DNA from: Lingula anatina
Lineage: Eukaryota; Animalia; Brachiopoda
Direction of reading: 5' to 3'
DNA: 64,000 bases
Assembly: GCA_051362555.1 (NCBI GenBank)
Contig: CM120641.1
Coordinates: 12,400,001 to 12,464,000 of the forward strand
Part shown: positions 12,874-25,285 of the stretch, one piece after another
How positions within the stretch are numbered: the stretch's first letter is position 1
How the letters are laid out: each line of letters opens with the position of its first letter
Position numbers and translations under genes: made by a program
The notes under the pieces: generated by a model
The model's database searches: none
Told to the model about the DNA's origin: nothing
What the model saw: only the letters and a program-made list of their open reading frames with translations

Positions 12874-15800
12874 CTATTTCCGTACATTTTGAGGCCAGTC
12901 GCAGGTCTTGGTGACCGGATTGAACACCAGACCCGGAGGACACTGCTGTGAGTACATAATCCCGTTGGCACAGCTGTAGTATTTGGTGGGGTCCTTCGGA
13001 TCAGGGAACAACCCGTCTCCCGGGTACGGCATTACACCTGTAACGATAGCAGAAATATGAAATTTGTTTTATTGAAGTTTTTTTTTTATAACAGCCACTT
13101 TAGATTTAAAAAAAATAGGCCTATGGTGCCATTATTTTACGGATACTTTTTTATTGGTAAAAGGGATATGAAAGAAGTGTGAGGAGTTCTATCAGTTAGT
13201 GCAGTGGCAGAGACGCCAGACTTATCCTTAAGTGAAATTAAGAAATGTCTGTACAATGGGTGGATTTTCCTGTATCACCTGTCTCAGATTTTTCGTGTAC
13301 ATCTTCTGCTTTGGACTGAGAAGGTTTGGGTGGTACTTGCGCAGAATTTGAAACCGAAGGACTGGAAGGCTTCCCTGGGACGTCCGCTGGCTTTGGTGCA
13401 GTTGGTGCAACCTGCATGTCAGAGGGACGAGCGTCTAATGAACCTCTCCCATCAAGACCGGACTTGAGAGCCCTTAACAAGGGGTAGGGTCCCATGGTGC
13501 CGAACTTTCCTTTGAAGTCATCCATGTCAATGCTCCAGACCATAACGCCACCGAGGCCCTTGGACCGCGCGTACTCACCCTGTATCAGAAAGAGGTAACG
13601 AAACGCTCATAATTAAAGTGAAAAATGCAATGGTTAGGGAACCCCCTCCCCCAAGATCGAAAATATAGCTAGAACTTGGTAAACTACAGGAACTACTCGG
13701 ACAACTTTTTGCAAAATTTTAAGAAATATAAGGCTCATGTGCGCACAAACCGTAATTTCCTAAAAAATAAAGATCGAGAAGCTAACAATCGCCTTCACAT
13801 GTGCTGTAGAAATAACATCGCCATTCAAATGGGCTGCGCCAAGTATAAGTTAACACGACACTTTAGAAGAACTGATTGGAGCAATTTCGTTTAACTTTCC
13901 TTCATCCTTAGACTCTCGGTATCGTCGTATCCTATCCATTGGTTGCCACAGATACTGTATGGCACCTTGTGTTGGCAACTCCAATTTCGCTGGGCGGACT
14001 GCAGTTCACATATCTGGAGATTTTGTTATAAAAACGAAATGTTATGTAAATTAAAAAAGTTCAGCTAGGATATCAATTTAATGAGTGTCCCGGTCATTAT
14101 TGAAGGATTCGCCTATATCATGTATATATATTATCGACGGTTTTATGTTACACTTGCATACCGAGCAATACTCTATCGAATTTCAAACTAGAGAAAAATA
14201 AGTAAGTTTTTAAAGCAACTATTTTTAACTGCTATTTTTAAACTGTATTCCTCGTGATACTTGTCTCTGAAGTACGAGCACATTTCACAAACTGAAATTT
14301 AAAATAAGAGAACTATCGAAAACAAACATTTAGACAATATTTGAAGAATTATAATTACAATTAAGAAAGATATTTTGAACAGTTCTCGAACCTCAAAGTA
14401 AGCCAGCATACTGGGCTCTAATGTGTAAGGCCCCGGTGTCCCAGGACCTCTAATGGGTGCCCCCAAGCCATGGACTTCAGGGTTTCTCAGGGTGAAGGTG
14501 CGTCCGTAGAAGGCAACGCCCAGCACTATCTTGTCAGGAGGCATGCCTTGCTGAATCCAGTAGTTGACAGCAGCATCCTAGACGTCACGGCAGAGAAGAT
14601 AAGCAAAATGCAATTTTTTTAATTTGTTCGAACAACTCACTTTAACAACGCTGGCGGATTCGGTTTTCTCCGCCTCCCCCCAACTCCATCACCCTATTGC
14701 ACAGGATTTATTAAGATATTGAGCATTTTTGGGCAAATTGGATGGTGACTATAAGAAACACCTTTCCTGCCGGTCTGTTGGTTCCAGAGTAAAAGGGGTG
14801 AAGGCTGGATATGCGATTTTTTCTAAGGACCCCGCCTCCCTTTCTGGATCGGCCTACTGGTATGGGTTAAATCTCGATGCTTTATAAAGTATATGTATTT
14901 CATCAATATTAAATGCCTAAAGTGTATATAAATAAGCTTTTTCCCCTTACTTGGTTGGCCGACTTGTGTGCCGGTGGTTCATCTTGCCTGTGGTAGAGGG
15001 CGCTGTGGTGCCCCGTGGTGTCCTCCCAGCTGCCGTGGAAGTCGTAAGCCATTAAATTAATAAAGTCCACCGACCTGGTACAAGATAAGAAAAAACAGCA
15101 TTTCAGAAGATCGGGTTGAAACTTAAAAAGTATTTTCATTGTATTTCAAAAGAAGTTTACTAAAAAATAATTCCAAAATTATCAATTATTTTTATACAGT
15201 GAGATATTCAATGAAAGACAGCTGTTTTTGCCTCTTTCAATGAAAGTTTTTTGTTAATTAAAGCGTTATTCTACTTTGCGATTGTTGGAACGTCATAGCC
15301 ACTGTCAACAGCATACACCCCTGCAGCGACGGCAGCGGTCAACAGCAATCGGGGTTTCCCACTTGTATTAGCTTCCTCCTCAAACGCTGATCGAGTATCC
15401 TAACAAAAAGAATAAGCCATACTTTGAAATTTTTTATTTTATGTAAACTGTTATTGGATAGAAAACTGTCATACTATTTCTTCAATTAAAAAAAATTAAT
15501 AGATACTAATCATAAAGTGAGACGTGTAATGTTTATATAATAACGTTTACTGTTGTACCCGAATGTGCTCGCCTCACCTGAATTAGTTCAGCGAAATGCC
15601 GCTTTGTCTCGGGAGGGGAGCCACGATCAGAATTTCCAGGATACTCCCAGTCATAGTCGAAGCCGTCAAATTTGATATCTCTCAAATATTTGATAGTGCT
15701 CTTGATGAATTGAGCTCTCGTCGCAGCAGACGACGCCATTTCGTTAAACATGGCGGTGCCGTGATTCCAACCACCAACTGCCAAGAGTAGTTTCAGGTTT

Positions 15801-17722
15801 GGATATTTGTCCTTTATGGAGACTAATTCTGAGAACATTTCTACAAAACAAGCACATCTCTCTAAGTGGTGTGGTTTCACTCGAAACACCCCCTCCTCAT
15901 ACGCCGTGCATTTAATTTAGCAAGAAAGCAAGTTAATACATAAGTTAATACACTAACACTACTAGTACTATTACAACTATTGATTATAACTATAAAAAGT
16001 TTTGTTTATGATACCCATATCATTCCACTGCGTGCCCTCTAGAATAAATCCCGACTTGTTTTTGTTGACCTTGGCAAATGAATAGATGATATGGGTGCAC
16101 AGACTAGGGTCGATGTCGCCGGGGACAAATCTTGCCTCATCTTTTCTTAAATGAGCCCAGTTGGTAAAATATACCACCAGTTTTTTGGAGCTGGAAGATA
16201 CACCTTGCATATTCCCTGGAATTAAACAATCGTTAATACAGTTAGGGTCGCTGTAAAAAAAACAGACCCAGAATGATTGCGTGTTGGTTTCTCGCTGTCA
16301 TAAATCTACGCCTTTTGTTTGTAAAATATTTCCGTATGGCATTTAGGCATGATACAAGTTTTTAATTTTAAAATGCTAAAAATGCATGTAATTTTTCATT
16401 TGGCTTAAAGGTTAAAATGATAGTGTTGGTCGGTGAGCACTTGAATGTGCCAGGAAGAATCGTCATTTTCTCTTCGTCAAAATTTTACGATAGTTTTTTT
16501 TAAACTCCCAATATTCTAGTCTATTTTAAGGCATAATGCATCTCTATTGAAGCAATATTTCAACTGATATTAAAGACTGTAAATAGTTAGATTATTTATT
16601 TTTATCCTTCTGAAAAAGGCACATGTAGAGTTGTTTTAAATCAGTAGACTTCTGCTGTTCGTTTCCCCATCTCAATCATAATTGCCTGATAGATGCAGCA
16701 TTCCTAAAAGTACATAATTTCTTTTTCTTTTTTGAAACGGGGTCCTGCGGTTACCTAAGTGATAGCATGCGTTTCCCGTAAAAAACGAAATAGGTTGTGT
16801 GGCAATTAGCTAGTATTAGTTTGTCATTAAGGGAAATTACATGCAAGATTAACACTCGCATTTTATGTTTTATTTCAAGCACGCAAAGGCCTGTGGCTGG
16901 GACATCAATGAGACTACGATTAATATTTCTGACTTCGAGTCAAACAGCATCCGCAGATTCAAGAGTATGATAGAGCTGCCGAAGAACGAAAAAATGAGCA
17001 AACGTAAAATGTCGTGTGGGACAAACTAGAGATAATATAATAAAACAAGGAAATAAGAAAGACAAGAAAGATTCGGAGTTACCCTTTTCTGAATTCATTA
17101 CAAGGCTACCTGCAGTGTTTTGTTAAAGGTTTTATGAGACAAAGTAGACTAGTTGGTCGACGAAAATGTTCGCATTTCAACCCTTTTCCCATAACCAAAG
17201 ACTAATCTCAACCACAGATCTCCCATTCCTGCCAAACACTTCATAAGCACGTTTTTCCATGTCAGTTTTTTTTTTTTTTTATCATTTTATCTATCGTTTT
17301 GAGGTGACGGAAGACGTAATATAGTAATTTGATGCTATTTAATAGTGCACGTATGAAAATCGCTCTTTTCATCAGATGTTAATCGTTTAGAAAACCAACA
17401 CTTTTATAATATTAATTATAAATAAATCATCCTTCCTTTTGTCAGTATGTGTTTACGTTCAAGTTAGTTAACTAACTTCACTGCTTATGTGGCCATTTGC
17501 TCATGCTCTGTCGAAAAACTAGTGAAAAAATACCTTGAGAATGATACAGCTTAGCAATGTAATCTAGAATCACCCAGTTTAAACTACAAATTAAACACGA
17601 TGCTGTTCAATAATACTAAAGATAAGGTTACCTTTAAACGGGTAGCTTCACCACGCACCTTTCCTCAATCAGTCAAACTGTCAAATTTCAAATTTTGTTT
17701 ATAAAAGGATCTTACCAGACAT
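12874..17722 (-). CDS. GH18 chitinase A: catalytic domain, short P/S-rich linker, one degenerate CBM14
   Basis: Exons (minus): 17716-17722 and 17534-17563 (both tentative), 16015-16215, 15578-15840, 15275-15399, 14951-15074, 14392-14577, 13900-14013, 13279-13579, 12874-13037. Motifs: YFTNW, DPSLCTHIIYSF, LLAVGGWN, FDGFDYDWEYP, MAYDFHGSW, FYGRTF, WIGYDD, GLGGVMVWSIDMDDF; CBM14-like YYSCANG...CPPGLVFNP...CDWP. Confidence 0.9.
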
Positions 17723-18765
17723 AGTGTTATGTTCCTTGCCAGTTAATAGCAAATGGTTTACGGTTATATCATACGTTCTGTTGGTAACACGCTATACTGC
17801 AACCGCTTTGCTTGTTCAACTGTGCGACGCTTTGATTTCACCGTAAAACGTGACGCTCTTGCCAGTGCTACACGATTAAATGGCGCGTAGAAATTCTTGG
17901 AGTCTTGGTTACGGTGAAGACACTTGAGTTTAATAACACGCGGTACACAGATTTATGCATGGATATTATATATATTGCTCCAACCCATTAGCTGTCACGA
18001 TTATTGCCCAAGCACTATGAACTATGGTGAGGGGGAAGTAAACTTAGTAATCCATAAACTATATATCTTCAGTGAGAACGAAAGCAAGGTAACACCTGAA
18101 TGCACGTAGCATAACGTCGTCATTTACGTCACAGGGATAGGTTATTGGGGAGATGGGGGGCTCTTGAGTTGGAGATCGTACGGTAAGAATTACCGCGAAG
18201 GAATTAGGAGTTTGGTATTGTTTTATAATTGATATTCATTCACCAGAAGTACTGTAAATGTACCTCGAGTCAATATACTTCATACATGTCGGTGAAATAT
18301 CAAAACCAGTCAACTGTGCTTCATCCCATATTTAAGGAAAAGAAACAAATATAGATATCACATACATGTTTTCAAAATTATTTTTATTAAAAAACCTTTT
18401 GTAAGATTGTTACAATACAAAAATAAATATATCAAAATTTATGGGAAATTAAAATGGTGATTGTAAAAATAAAATAACTTACATTAAAAATTATATAAAA
18501 GTCCACAGGAAAAAAAAATGAAAAGCTTTGATCTCATCTATTACAATGCTTACTGTTATGCTGACATCACACTAGCAATAAGTATTTTACACAGGTCATC
18601 TCACTTTCAGATCTCGTTACTTTTTGGTCGACGTGGGCGTGACCCTGAGTGGGATAAAGCGGCGTCCATCATTCGTATATCCGTAGTAATCAATATTCAA
18701 TCAATATTCTATCTATTCATATAAACTTTTTTTCATATACACGCAGCAATGTTCTATATATTCCT

Positions 18766-21700
18766 TTAGTAAATCTTCTCCAATTTCTTAACTTTGGGAA
18801 ACTTTGGGTGCATAACTTCGCCTTCTTCTTGCAATGAAAATCTACAGATGAGGTCTTGGGTATCGAAAACCAGGCCGTCCATACAGCATGTGCGGAATGG
18901 GTTACCATTGGCGCAGTTGTAGTAACATCCGTTGTCATCAGGGTCGGGGAAGATGCCATCACTGGGACATACGAATGGATCTAAAAGTGGAAAAAGCATG
19001 ATATATTAGGGTTTGAGCACAATGGTTTTAACTGACTGTATTTTAATTGGTCAACATGCATTAGAGGTAACTGTTAAAAACCAAACCTTTTTCGCTAAGT
19101 TTTTAATGATATATCCCCAGATAAAGAATCCTACCTATTTCTGTGGGGTTTCCATTGGCACAAGATGGGACGTTGTCTTCGTAGTCGCACAGGTAAGTCT
19201 GTGGGTTGTAGAACATGCCTTTGGGGCAGATTTTGCTGAATGCTTTATTCATGGCGCAGTGATAGAACTTTCTACAATTTTTTGGATGTGGAAAATATCC
19301 GCTCTCTTCGGGACAAACGAATTCTGAAAAATCAAAGTTTTAATGTAAGTCAAATGTCTTGCCTATTTAAAATATTATAACAAATGGGTATCCAGATATA
19401 AAGCTATAACCAACCCATATCTGTCACAAGCAAAGGAACAAAATTTACAGGTATTCATAACAAGTCCTCATTTTCGTTGAATGACTGAAAGTAAGAATTA
19501 TATGTATACAACAACATCCAAGTGCACGTCTGCACATAGATGCGTGAGAGTGTGCGTGCTTGCTTTGACAATACTTACTTCCACTTGCTGCTGTAGTTGG
19601 GGGCTCAGTAGGTGCCTTTGTTGGCGCTTGAGTTGGTGCAACGGTAGGTGCTTCAGTAGGTGCCTCAGTGGGTTTTTGAGTTGGTGCAATGGTAGGTGCC
19701 TGGGTTGGCGCTTTGGTTGGTGCAGCTGTAGGTGGTTTGGTAGGTACTTGAGTTGGTGCAACGGTAGGTGCCTGGGTGGGATTTTGAGTTGGTGCAGCGG
19801 TAGGTGCTTGAGTAGGTGCCTGGGTTGGTGCTTGAGTTGGTGCCTGGGTTGGTGCTTGAGTTGGTGCAGCGGTGGGTGCTTGAGTAGGTGCTTGAGTAGG
19901 TGCCTGGGTTGGCGCTTGAGTTGGTGCCTGAGTGGGTGCCTGGGTGGGTGCATCAGTGGGTGCAGGGGTACCAGGCTGGGAACTACATGCTTGAAGACCA
20001 GCGTTTATAGTTCTAAGGAGAGGATAGTTCATCCCGTGTTTACAGAATTGGCCAGAGAAGTCGTCCATGTCTAAGGCCCACATATGGATTCCACCCAGCT
20101 GATTGGCACATACATAATCAGCCTATTCAAAAGAATACACTTCGTGTTTAGAGTTGCTGTGGGGGCAAATGGTGTTCATTTTCTTTAAATAATAAGACAT
20201 TGAATAGTTTGCCTTACTGAAAAAATCCTGAATATTTTTCGCTCTGATTTTAGTTAAATTTGTTGATAAATTCACTTTTGAATTTATTTTTTACACACTG
20301 ATGATCAACAATGAGCCTTGTAAATTGAAAAAATAGATATTTACCTTAATTCTCATACTTGTCATGTCATCGTACCCCACCCACTGTAGAGAGACTGTGT
20401 CGTAGGCATATGGCACTTTGTGTTCACTGTTGAATACACTTGGCCAAGCCTTTTGGCATACCTACATATTGAGAGAATGAAAACGTTTTTCAGTTTGATT
20501 TTGTAAATTTATATTGTATATGTCTAGGGTGACTGAGAAAAAAAATTAAACGATGTTTTTGTTTAATGTTCAGAATTTTAGAATAACCTATATGGGCTTT
20601 TATGGACTATATATTTTTTAAATATAAACTTCAAATTGAAAGAGAACCAGTTGATATGAACTGTGAAATCATGTAAAGGAGTCACACCTCATAATAACCC
20701 AAAAATCCATTTTCTCTGGTGAATGGCCCTGGACTCCCTGCTCTAGAAGCGGGATCCCCCAAGTCGTGTCTGTTGGCGTCCTGCATGGTGAAGGAGCGTC
20801 CGTATGAACCCACTCCCAGGAGGAGGTTAGCTGGGTCGTACCCTTGAGCGATCCAATATTCCACGGAAACATGCTAAAATAAGCATAATGTTTATGTATT
20901 ACTGCATGTTGATTAAATATCATGAAACAGTCATTGTTAATGGTGGTGATCGTTCAATTGGGTAAATAGATAAACACTGTTCAAACAATGGATAACTTGA
21001 ATGTTTTCTCTAAAATTTCTCATGCAGTTTTAATACCCTGTTTTCCTTTTCATTTTTTGTTTATTCTTCATTTTCAGTTATTTTATTATTATTATTTTTT
21101 TTTATTATTATTTTTTATTTTTATTTTTTGCAAAATTATATATACATTAGGGCCTATACTAGTGCATATGTATGTATATTTTGAAATATATCTTACAGCG
21201 TTGAGTTGGTTTTGGGGGTAGGTTTCATCCGATCTGGGATACAGAGGAGAGTTGTGACCAAGAAAGTTTTCCCAGCCGCCATGGAGGTCATAGGTCATCA
21301 GATTAGTCCAGTCAAGGTACCTAAAAAATGATTACTTTCGTTTTCACTTTGATCATTTTTTCCTGTTTTACAAATGCAAGTGTTACACATTAACTACGAA
21401 AATTCAAATTTCATTGAAAAAACTGCGCTTCAAATTGCACGATGCGGATGATAACAAGATAAATAAGGCAAGAAGAAACTGGTGTCGTCCAGCAATATCT
21501 TTTTGAATATTTAGACGTCAAAGTAGAAATACTCTTACTTATTCATGACAGGAATGTCGTATCCATTCTTTGCCTTCTCTGCAGTCACACCGACTGAGGC
21601 AGTCACTAACAAGCGCTCGGATCCACTTAATGCCGCCTCTGCGTCAAATGCCTCTCTCGACTCCTGACATCAAATATACAATTGCATGAACATTTTCTCT

Positions 21701-23199
21701 AAATAAAATACTGACAAGTCATTACGCAGTCCTATCCTCCTACAGGATGTATGAACCGTATGCAAAACACGGTATTATACTGGCATGATAAGCATTCTAC
21801 ATACTATGTTACCTCGTGACGAGCATTCAGCGGAAGCGTTGTCCCTCATTGACTTACATATGTACGTAAAATCATTTGGATAATCGTCAGTTTTTAGGCT
21901 ACAGTTATAATAAGATATAGTATTAAGTGTCATGCCTCATGGAAAATTATTCAAAGCAAGTGTTAACAAATTTGTCACGCCTCGATCAGTTCTTGAACTA
22001 GCTTACCTTCACCAAATCAGAAAACTGTTGTTTTGTCTCGGGGCCACTGCCCCTATCTGCATCTCCGGGGTATTCCCAGTCATAGTCGAGACCGTCGAAG
22101 TTATACTTTCGCAAGAAAGAGATGACATTTTTGAGAAACTGGTCTCTTGTTGACCTCTGCTTGGACATAATGTTGAATGTTTCTGTGCCGTGGTTCCATC
22201 CTCCCGCTGCCAACAATACCTTGAGTTTGGGGTTTATTTTCTTCAGCGCCATCATCTCGGCGTATTTAGCTGTAAGGATAGGTCAGTTTTGTTTTAATGG
22301 GGATGTCAGAAACAGATCTGATTTACCCATCGGATAATGATCCATTATGATAATAAAATATAATTTTTCCATCGTAGAACTCCCTGAGTGCTACATGCAA
22401 CCATAAACGTTTACTCTGAATTCATTTAGAAAGAAAGTTACTCTCTTTGTTCGATCGCTGCTTACTGTTTTTTTCTTTCCTTCCTATATATATATATATA
22501 TTTATAATTACGTTTGCCCTTTGTGCCTACCTTCATCGTTCCATTCAATCATCTGAAGGCCCCACTCTCCGTTCTCCAGGCCCACGTTAGCAAAGGCATA
22601 GTAGATGTGTGTGCATAACTTAGGATCTATGTTTCCTGGGAAGAATTTTCCATCCCCTGGTCTATACTGTGACCAGTTTGTGTACCAACAGGCTATTCTG
22701 AATGCATCTGAAAATGATAGTGAATGAAATAATGTTTACTGCAAAATAAGAAGAAATAAAATTGATAATTATACGTTTATATACGTAAAACAATTCGTTA
22801 ATTTTTTTTTCGTACACTCTCTGAGACAAGATCAAAAATATATAGCAGGACTATGCACGGGTTAGGTGAACTCACTCAATGTACTGAATATCTATTATCT
22901 ATATTTGTTTACTTAAGACCACAAGTATTGACTAAAGAACTACACACGCAAGCATTGTATGATCAAATAACCTTTTATCGTTTTAGCATATTTTAAGGTA
23001 CTTACATGTGGATGGAATGATGATGGCGAATGCAAAAATAAGTTGACTTATCTGGAAGAGAAACAAGGACAGTGAAGTATCATCTTAAATTTAAAATGGT
23101 ATTTGAAACAAATTAGGAGAAAAAATGTAAAATTATTTTCGACGAGAAACGCATTCAACAATGTAAAAGTTCGAAGGTTTCTGCATTTTTACATACCAT
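18766..23199 (-). CDS. GH18 chitinase B: signal peptide, catalytic domain, PTQA mucin-like linker, 2 x CBM14
   Basis: Approximate exons 23197-23199 (ATG only), 23006-23051, 22531-22707, 22007-22269, 21538-21664, 21197-21320, 20688-20873, 20345-20461, 19579-20122, 19136-19324, 18766-18980. Signal peptide [18 protein letters not shown]; motifs [48 protein letters not shown]. Confidence 0.95.
19597..19966 (-). repeat. Coding 12-nt tandem repeat (PTQA/PTxA) in the chitinase B linker
   Basis: ORF 19445-20083 shows APTQAPTQ... repeats. Confidence 0.95.
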
Positions 23200-23317
23200 T
23201 TTGTTGCTCTTCTGTATTGAACTTTGGGATTCAGAGAGGTTTTACAAATTTTTCTTTGGTTCTGCAGTCAGCTCGTGATGTTCAGTGAGATTTGTTGAAG
23301 CACCAGGGTCTTGATCC

Positions 23318-23325
23318 TTTATATA
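23318..23325 (-). promoter_or_regulatory. TATA box of chitinase B
   Basis: TATATAAA on the minus strand about 120 bp upstream of the ATG. The same context is found upstream of chitinase C. Confidence 0.7.
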
Positions 23326-23762
23326 TGCACAAGTCAGGGCTGGACAAGGGTCTATAAATAGTTAAATCGTCATCCACTGCACATGGTCAAATAGCCTGCA
23401 CTCATAGAGGTCTGAACAACGTCATCAGTAGCGTGACACACTTAATGATAGACCATTTACCAGTCATGGATTGATAAACATCTCAATCCATTTCCACTCA
23501 CCTCTGTTTGCAAATTAACTAGGTTTTGAAATTAAAGTAATGCCGAATATTGTACATTTTGCTAAGTTTATCCGATCTTTAAAAAATACTGTGGAACTTC
23601 AAAGATCTAATTTAGAAGTGTCATATATGCGTGTTGGGTATTTAAGGCAACGTTTAAATTGTCTAATATAAAACGAGCACAATTAACTTTGGCCCCTTGA
23701 TGCGATTGAATCACTCCCGTAAAGGGCTCGTTATCTCAATCTTCCAGGTATGACAATCAAAC

Positions 23763-23998
23763 TTTTATTATGAGGAAGTTGGTGCCGTGAGGTGGGGTGT
23801 TAGCGGCTATATGGCCAGTTAATCAGTTTGAGTAAGGTTCATATTGAGATTCTATTATATTAATCATTTAGGGACTTGTTGTTTTATTATGAGGAAGTTG
23901 GTGAAGTGAGTAAGGATATTTACGGCTTTATGACCAGTTTATCAACTTGATCGAGCTTGATATTGAGATATTATTATATTAATCATATAGGGACATGT
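23763..23998. repeat. About 119-bp tandem duplication upstream of chitinase B
   Basis: 'ttttattatgaggaagttggtg...atattgagat...attatattaatcat.tagggac.tgt' occurs twice. Confidence 0.85.
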
Positions 23999-24193
23999 AA
24001 ATAAAGGTTTGTCCCATTTCGGTACACGTACCTCTTCTTGACCTGTTGTGAGGATATTTTTGTTAGAAATTTATTTTATTATTATTATTCTTTTTTTATT
24101 TTATTTTATTTTTTTTTTTTTGGTTAGAGTATCTCAAATGTGATTGAACATGTTCAGTTAATTTTCATTATTTTTTGTTACACAAATGTTACT

Positions 24194-24361
24194 CAGGCCC
24201 GTAACCAGGGGGGTTCGGGGGGTTCGAAAGAACCACCCTTTTTTGTCAGGAAAAGGTCCATTCTTTGTAAAATTTAATCTAGGTACACAAAGGTTTCATT
24301 GTAAAAGGTCCACTTTTTCAGAAAAAGAACCCCCTTTTTGCAATTGTTTGCTACGGGCCTG
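24194..24361 (+). mobile_element. MITE, CAGGCCCGTA TIR, 5-bp TSD (copy 1)
   Basis: TIR caggcccgta...tacgggcctg; TSD TTACT on both sides. Confidence 0.88.
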
Positions 24362-25142
24362 TTACTGAAATCTAATCATCGCCTTAATTGACACCCATAC
24401 TGAATTGCTTACTGCAGATTTTATTTCCGCTGTCTGGAATATGACATAAGAGTAATAATCGCAGGAGCCCCATTTTACTACTTCATGTATAACTGTTTTC
24501 ATAGACGAAACAAACAATATGATGATTAATAACAATGATCATAGATAGTAATCAATAAGAACATGCGGTTATCACATACAGTAACCACATCTGTGTTTTT
24601 TCAGGCAAGCCGCAACTCTTCAAACTTTTTATTGGCGCTATTTAACCCTACCTATTGCTCTATCCTGTTATTGGGCATTTGGCATGGAAAGCGATCATAA
24701 AGTGCCATGAATAAAATAGAAAACAACAACATTGAAATAGACAAATAAATTAATAAGACTTGGTCGTTGTCCGCATTACCATCAGTGCGTTTCGTAATAT
24801 GACCGCATGGAAAATGCAGTAGGTTGATTACTGACAAGGAATCATTAATCGGGAGTAACACCATGGTTTCGATATACATGTATTACCCTATTAAGAATGA
24901 TCAAGTTGTCACATTCCACCTATGGATAAACATTATATATATATATATTAACATGTTTTATAGATATTTTGTCTGAGCATTATGTCGGCACGTACTTTCC
25001 ACATCTCATACATGTATTTTGAAGATCTTTTGTTATGGATCCTGCTTAATTAAACTCACGCATGCCAAATTTGATTCATCAGTTGCGTATCTTTTACAGT
25101 ACTCACATATTCATGATAAATTACTTTTTTATATTGAAACTG

Positions 25143-25285
25143 CAGGCCCATGGCCAGCAATTTCAAAAGGGGGGTTCTTTTTCTGAAAAAGTGGACCTTT
25201 TACCATGAATCTTCGTGCACCTAAATCCAAAGGGGACCTTTTCCCGGCAAAAAGGAGGTTCTTTCGGAACGTGGTTACGGGCCTG
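25143..25285 (-). mobile_element. MITE, same family (copy 2, inverted)
   Basis: caggccc...gggcctg; TSD AACTG; internal 'ttttctgaaaaagtggaccttttac' is the reverse complement of copy 1. Confidence 0.88.

Noticed and set aside
17534-17563. Hydrophobic reading ITLLSCIILK as a signal peptide for chitinase A
   Set aside because: That frame ends in phase 0 and is out of frame with the phase-1 acceptor at 16215. It could be a vestige, but it is not usable with the visible splice sites.
19597-19966. Regular short repeats resembling a CRISPR array (also 2440-2545)
   Set aside because: No unique spacers and no cas genes. The context is eukaryotic, and these are coding or minisatellite repeats.
19481-20074. 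Cys/Trp/Leu-rich and His/Leu/Gln-rich ORFs (also 27303-27771)
   Set aside because: Antisense and alternative-frame shadows of the 12-nt PTQA linker repeat.
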